DNA from: Planctomycetales bacterium
GTDB taxonomy: Bacteria > 4484-113
Reading direction: 5' to 3'
Length of the DNA stretch: 64,000 nt
NCBI GenBank assembly: GCA_037441675.1
Contig: JBBIRS010000002.1
Span: forward strand, 263,249-327,248
Made by a program: the position numbers and the translations under genes. A model generated the notes under the pieces. That model was given only the letters and a program-made list of their open reading frames with translations, did not search any database and had not been told where the DNA came from. Positions 61,297 through 64,000 of this stretch are shown here, in pieces. The first letter of the stretch is position 1. Each line of letters starts with the position of its first letter.

Positions 61297-62217
61297 ATGA
61301 TATCCGTGCTTGTCTACCGCTATAAGTGTCCCGCGAAGATAAATCTTTCACTCTCAATCTTGAAGCGTGATGAGGCGAGTGGTCTTCATTTTCTAGATTC
61401 AGTGATTGCAAAGATTGACCTTTACGATGAGCTTAAGCTAATGGTGAGCCAAAGGAGTGGGCTTACACTCAAAATTTTTAAGGAGGTAACAGATCCCATA
61501 GGAACTGAAGCCCTAGAGAAGGAGAACACGATTCTAAAGGCGTATAACAAGCTAAATGAGGAACTTGACTATCCGCTTCCTGGGTTGAGCGTGGAGCTTA
61601 GAAAAAGAATTCCCGTAGGAACTGGACTTGGTGGCGCTAGTAGTGACGCCGCAGGATTCATAAAGCTCATTTACTTTCTTGCAAAGAAAACTAGTGCCCT
61701 TCCAGAAAAAGTGTCTACCGCTATTACAAACTTAGATTCAAGGAAAATTGAAAAGATAGCGTTTGAAGTCGGAGCAGATGTTCCCGCACTCTTGAAGGAT
61801 GGGACGGTGAGAATTCGTGGATTTGGAGAAATGGTAGAAAAAGTATCATTTCCAGGACTAAAGGAGTATCGTGTAGTTCTAGCAGTGCCCAAGATACGGT
61901 TCTCCACTGAAGAAATGTATAAAAACCTGCAATCTTTCTCTGGCTTCAATTGTACGGTTGACTTTATAGAGAACTGGGGTGGGCAAGGCATTGAGCAAGC
62001 CTTTATGGTCGCAAGAAATGATTTTGAGGAGATTGCTTTTTCTAAGTCGGCCGAAGTAAAAAGCATAGTGAATTTTCTTAAAAGTGCGGAATTTCCATTC
62101 GTCAGTCTAACCGGAAGTGGAAGCGCCGTGTATGCACTAGAGAAGCAACAGAATCCTTTACCAGTTGCTTTCCTGCCAAGTGGGGAACCTTTAACTAGAC
62201 ATAACTTTATAATTTAA
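61297..62217 (+). CDS. ispE: 4-diphosphocytidyl-2C-methyl-D-erythritol kinase
   Basis: PAKINLSL, KRIPVGTGLGGASSDAA, GADVP, GFGE, NDFE, LTGSGSAVY. The start may be GTG 61306. Confidence 0.93.
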   Translation: MISVLVYRYKCPAKINLSLSILKRDEASGLHFLDSVIAKIDLYDELKLMVSQRSGLTLKIFKEVTDPIGTEALEKENTILKAYNKLNEELDYPLPGLSVELRKRIPVGTGLGGASSDAAGFIKLIYFLAKKTSALPEKVSTAITNLDSRKIEKIAFEVGADVPALLKDGTVRIRGFGEMVEKVSFPGLKEYRVVLAVPKIRFSTEEMYKNLQSFSGFNCTVDFIENWGGQGIEQAFMVARNDFEEIAFSKSAEVKSIVNFLKSAEFPFVSLTGSGSAVYALEKQQNPLPVAFLPSGEPLTRHNFII

Positions 62218-62246
62218 GAATATTTAACTAATTTATCGTAAATCAC

Positions 62247-62816
62247 CTATTTTTGCTTCGATACATCTGCCCGTCGCAATATCTCTTCAACCCAGTGCTT
62301 CATCATTTTGATACCGCCGTATATGACGAGCCCGGTCCCTATTGGTAGTTCCTTTCTTCCCCATATTAGCTGAATATAATTTGCGCCAATATACTTCCCG
62401 TAAAATAGACCTCTTCTTATCTCAACGTTTTGAATAATTGCATAAGGAATAAGAACCGAACTCCTTCCTAGATAAGGCTTGAATATGAGAGTTTCGGAGG
62501 CGAGCCATACGTGCCCCATACCCTTAGTTGAATGCCCTTTGCCAAGCAAGCAAATGGGCAGTCCTAAATATCTTGCGTTCTTAATATAGCTACCACCGAA
62601 GTATGCTCGAGTTTTTCCGAATGCTGAATCATTGGGAGCTTCAGGCTTAGGTAGATAGTCGGGTAAGGCAAATCTCGATAAACGGAAGCTCTGGCGCAGG
62701 TAATAAAATAAAAACAAAACAATAATACTCAAAAGTAAGAAAGCTACAGCAATGCTAATCAAGTCCTCTGCCTGTTCATCTTTGAGAGTAACTAGTAAAT
62801 TAAGCGAATCGTTCAT
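62247..62816 (-). CDS. Hypothetical membrane-anchored protein
   Basis: One N-terminal TM helix followed by a beta-rich, possibly PH-like, soluble domain. Confidence 0.6.
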   Translation of the reverse strand: MNDSLNLLVTLKDEQAEDLISIAVAFLLLSIIVLFLFYYLRQSFRLSRFALPDYLPKPEAPNDSAFGKTRAYFGGSYIKNARYLGLPICLLGKGHSTKGMGHVWLASETLIFKPYLGRSSVLIPYAIIQNVEIRRGLFYGKYIGANYIQLIWGRKELPIGTGLVIYGGIKMMKHWVEEILRRADVSKQK

Positions 62817-62928
62817 TCAAAAACTCGCTCCCCATCAAATATGGATAACAGAACTATGATCCTAAATCTTTCATAATGCTTCCTCAACTATAACATATAA
62901 GCAATGATTAGACCGTTATAATAGCTAC

Positions 62929-63696
62929 GTGGAACGAATTATTCTATGGACGAGTAGAGTTGAGAAGATACTGATTAGACATTTTGCAAATCCACTTCTC
63001 TGGATAGTTTTACTCACTGGGATATTTATTGAGTACCGCCTTTCAACAGTTGGAAATAGCCCAAAGATAACTGAAGGTGTGTTACTTGCACGGTATTCCA
63101 TCGTCATCGAAATTGTATTAGTCTTATCCTGCTTGACTTTCTTTGCTTGGGAAGCATTCAAGAGAGCTAGCCTATCATATGGATACAAGGCATCTGAATA
63201 CAAATCCTGCAGATTAAATGAAGAGTCCATCCTGCAAACTTGGCTAGCTTCTGTATTAATCCTATTTCTGGTTGCACTGTGTCTCATCCTGACTATGAGC
63301 ATCTTGAATTTCCAATACATCGTTACAATCCTTCAGAGAACATTTTTCTTATTGCTCACAGTCGTATGCATACCAACGGTGTATTTACTTCTCAAGCAAA
63401 AAGATAAGAACGGTTTTTGGTCAATTATGGCTATTTCCGGTTCCATAATTTTTTACCTAGCACTATCAATTCTTATAACTTGGCTCTCATCAAGGGGAGA
63501 CGAGAACGCGTTTTTTGCGAGATTGAATGATGTTTACTTCTGGAATAATAAATTCCCAAATCTTGCTAGAAGTGAGCTTTGGCTCACCATTTATATGCCT
63601 TGGTTTCTTTGGTATCTTGTAATGTACCTCTTCTTAGATTTTTTACTTTTCGTGTTACTAGTATTAAAAGAACGATTAAATTTCAGGAGGGATTAG
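62929..63696 (+). CDS. Hypothetical multi-pass membrane protein
   Basis: About six hydrophobic segments; its stop codon overlaps the acpS start. Confidence 0.6.
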   Translation: MERIILWTSRVEKILIRHFANPLLWIVLLTGIFIEYRLSTVGNSPKITEGVLLARYSIVIEIVLVLSCLTFFAWEAFKRASLSYGYKASEYKSCRLNEESILQTWLASVLILFLVALCLILTMSILNFQYIVTILQRTFFLLLTVVCIPTVYLLLKQKDKNGFWSIMAISGSIIFYLALSILITWLSSRGDENAFFARLNDVYFWNNKFPNLARSELWLTIYMPWFLWYLVMYLFLDFLLFVLLVLKERLNFRRD

Positions 63697-64000
63697 TGAT
63701 AGTAGGAATTGGCGTTGACATCATAAAGGTTTCAAGGATAAAGGAGAAAGTTGGAAGTAACTTTGATATGCCATTCGCCAGAAAAGCTTACACACCTCAA
63801 GAGATAGAATATGCGAAGGCTAAAGGCGTTCAGGCGTATCAGAGCTTTGCAGGATTTTTCGCAGCTCGTGAAGCATTCTTCAAAGCAACCCAAGTCCGTC
63901 TAGGTTGGCAGGATATTTTCGTTGACCATGAGGAGAATGGCAAGCCATTCTTTAGGTTTAGCGATAGAGGTTACTTAAAACTAATAGAAAATCATAGAGA
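63696..64000 (+). CDS. acpS: Holo-[acyl-carrier-protein] synthase, partial (runs off the window edge)
   Basis: Not in the ORF track. AGGAGG SD, then GTG: MIVGIGVDIIKVSRI...YTPQEIEY...FAGFFAAREAFFKA...ENGKP. Confidence 0.9.
   Translation, partial: MIVGIGVDIIKVSRIKEKVGSNFDMPFARKAYTPQEIEYAKAKGVQAYQSFAGFFAAREAFFKATQVRLGWQDIFVDHEENGKPFFRFSDRGYLKLIENHR

Noticed and set aside
921..63320. Numerous 60-135 aa ORFs antisense to or nested in well-supported genes
   Set aside because: Shadow ORFs without motifs or translation signals.

Overview
A 64 kb window of bacterial chromosome in the standard genetic code (TGA is used as a normal stop). The host is probably a diderm from a poorly characterised lineage, judging by an outer-membrane beta-barrel-like gene and several lipoproteins. 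Most of it is housekeeping genes in scrambled order: mnmE, surE, pgm, trx, rdgB, bshA, lon, pncA, hslU, thyX, EF-G2, dnaB, purD, ybaB, glnA, smpB, murI, fixC/fixX, purB/C/S, comM, wecB, nadC, coaX, ispE and acpS. RNA genes are tRNA-Gln(TTG), tRNA-Ile(GAT) and a one-piece tmRNA. Most notable: (1) a set of large surface lipoproteins carrying a cohesin-like module (27.2-29.3 kb) and dockerin-like modules, one on an M6 metalloprotease (33.9-36.7 kb) and one on a PKD/beta-propeller protein (44.5-46.6 kb), which suggests a non-cellulosomal cohesin-dockerin surface assembly; (2) a repeated pattern of a -10 box 6-8 nt before SD-less start codons (leaderless genes), including bshA, whose conserved N-terminus can only begin at ATC; (3) a JAB/MPN+ metalloprotease gene running off the left edge that the ORF track missed; (4) a small decaying accessory islet (16.7-18.8 kb) with an intact RHH-MazF toxin-antitoxin pair and two pseudogenes; (5) many insertions inside conserved protein folds. 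All product calls come from motif recognition by eye; no database search was run.
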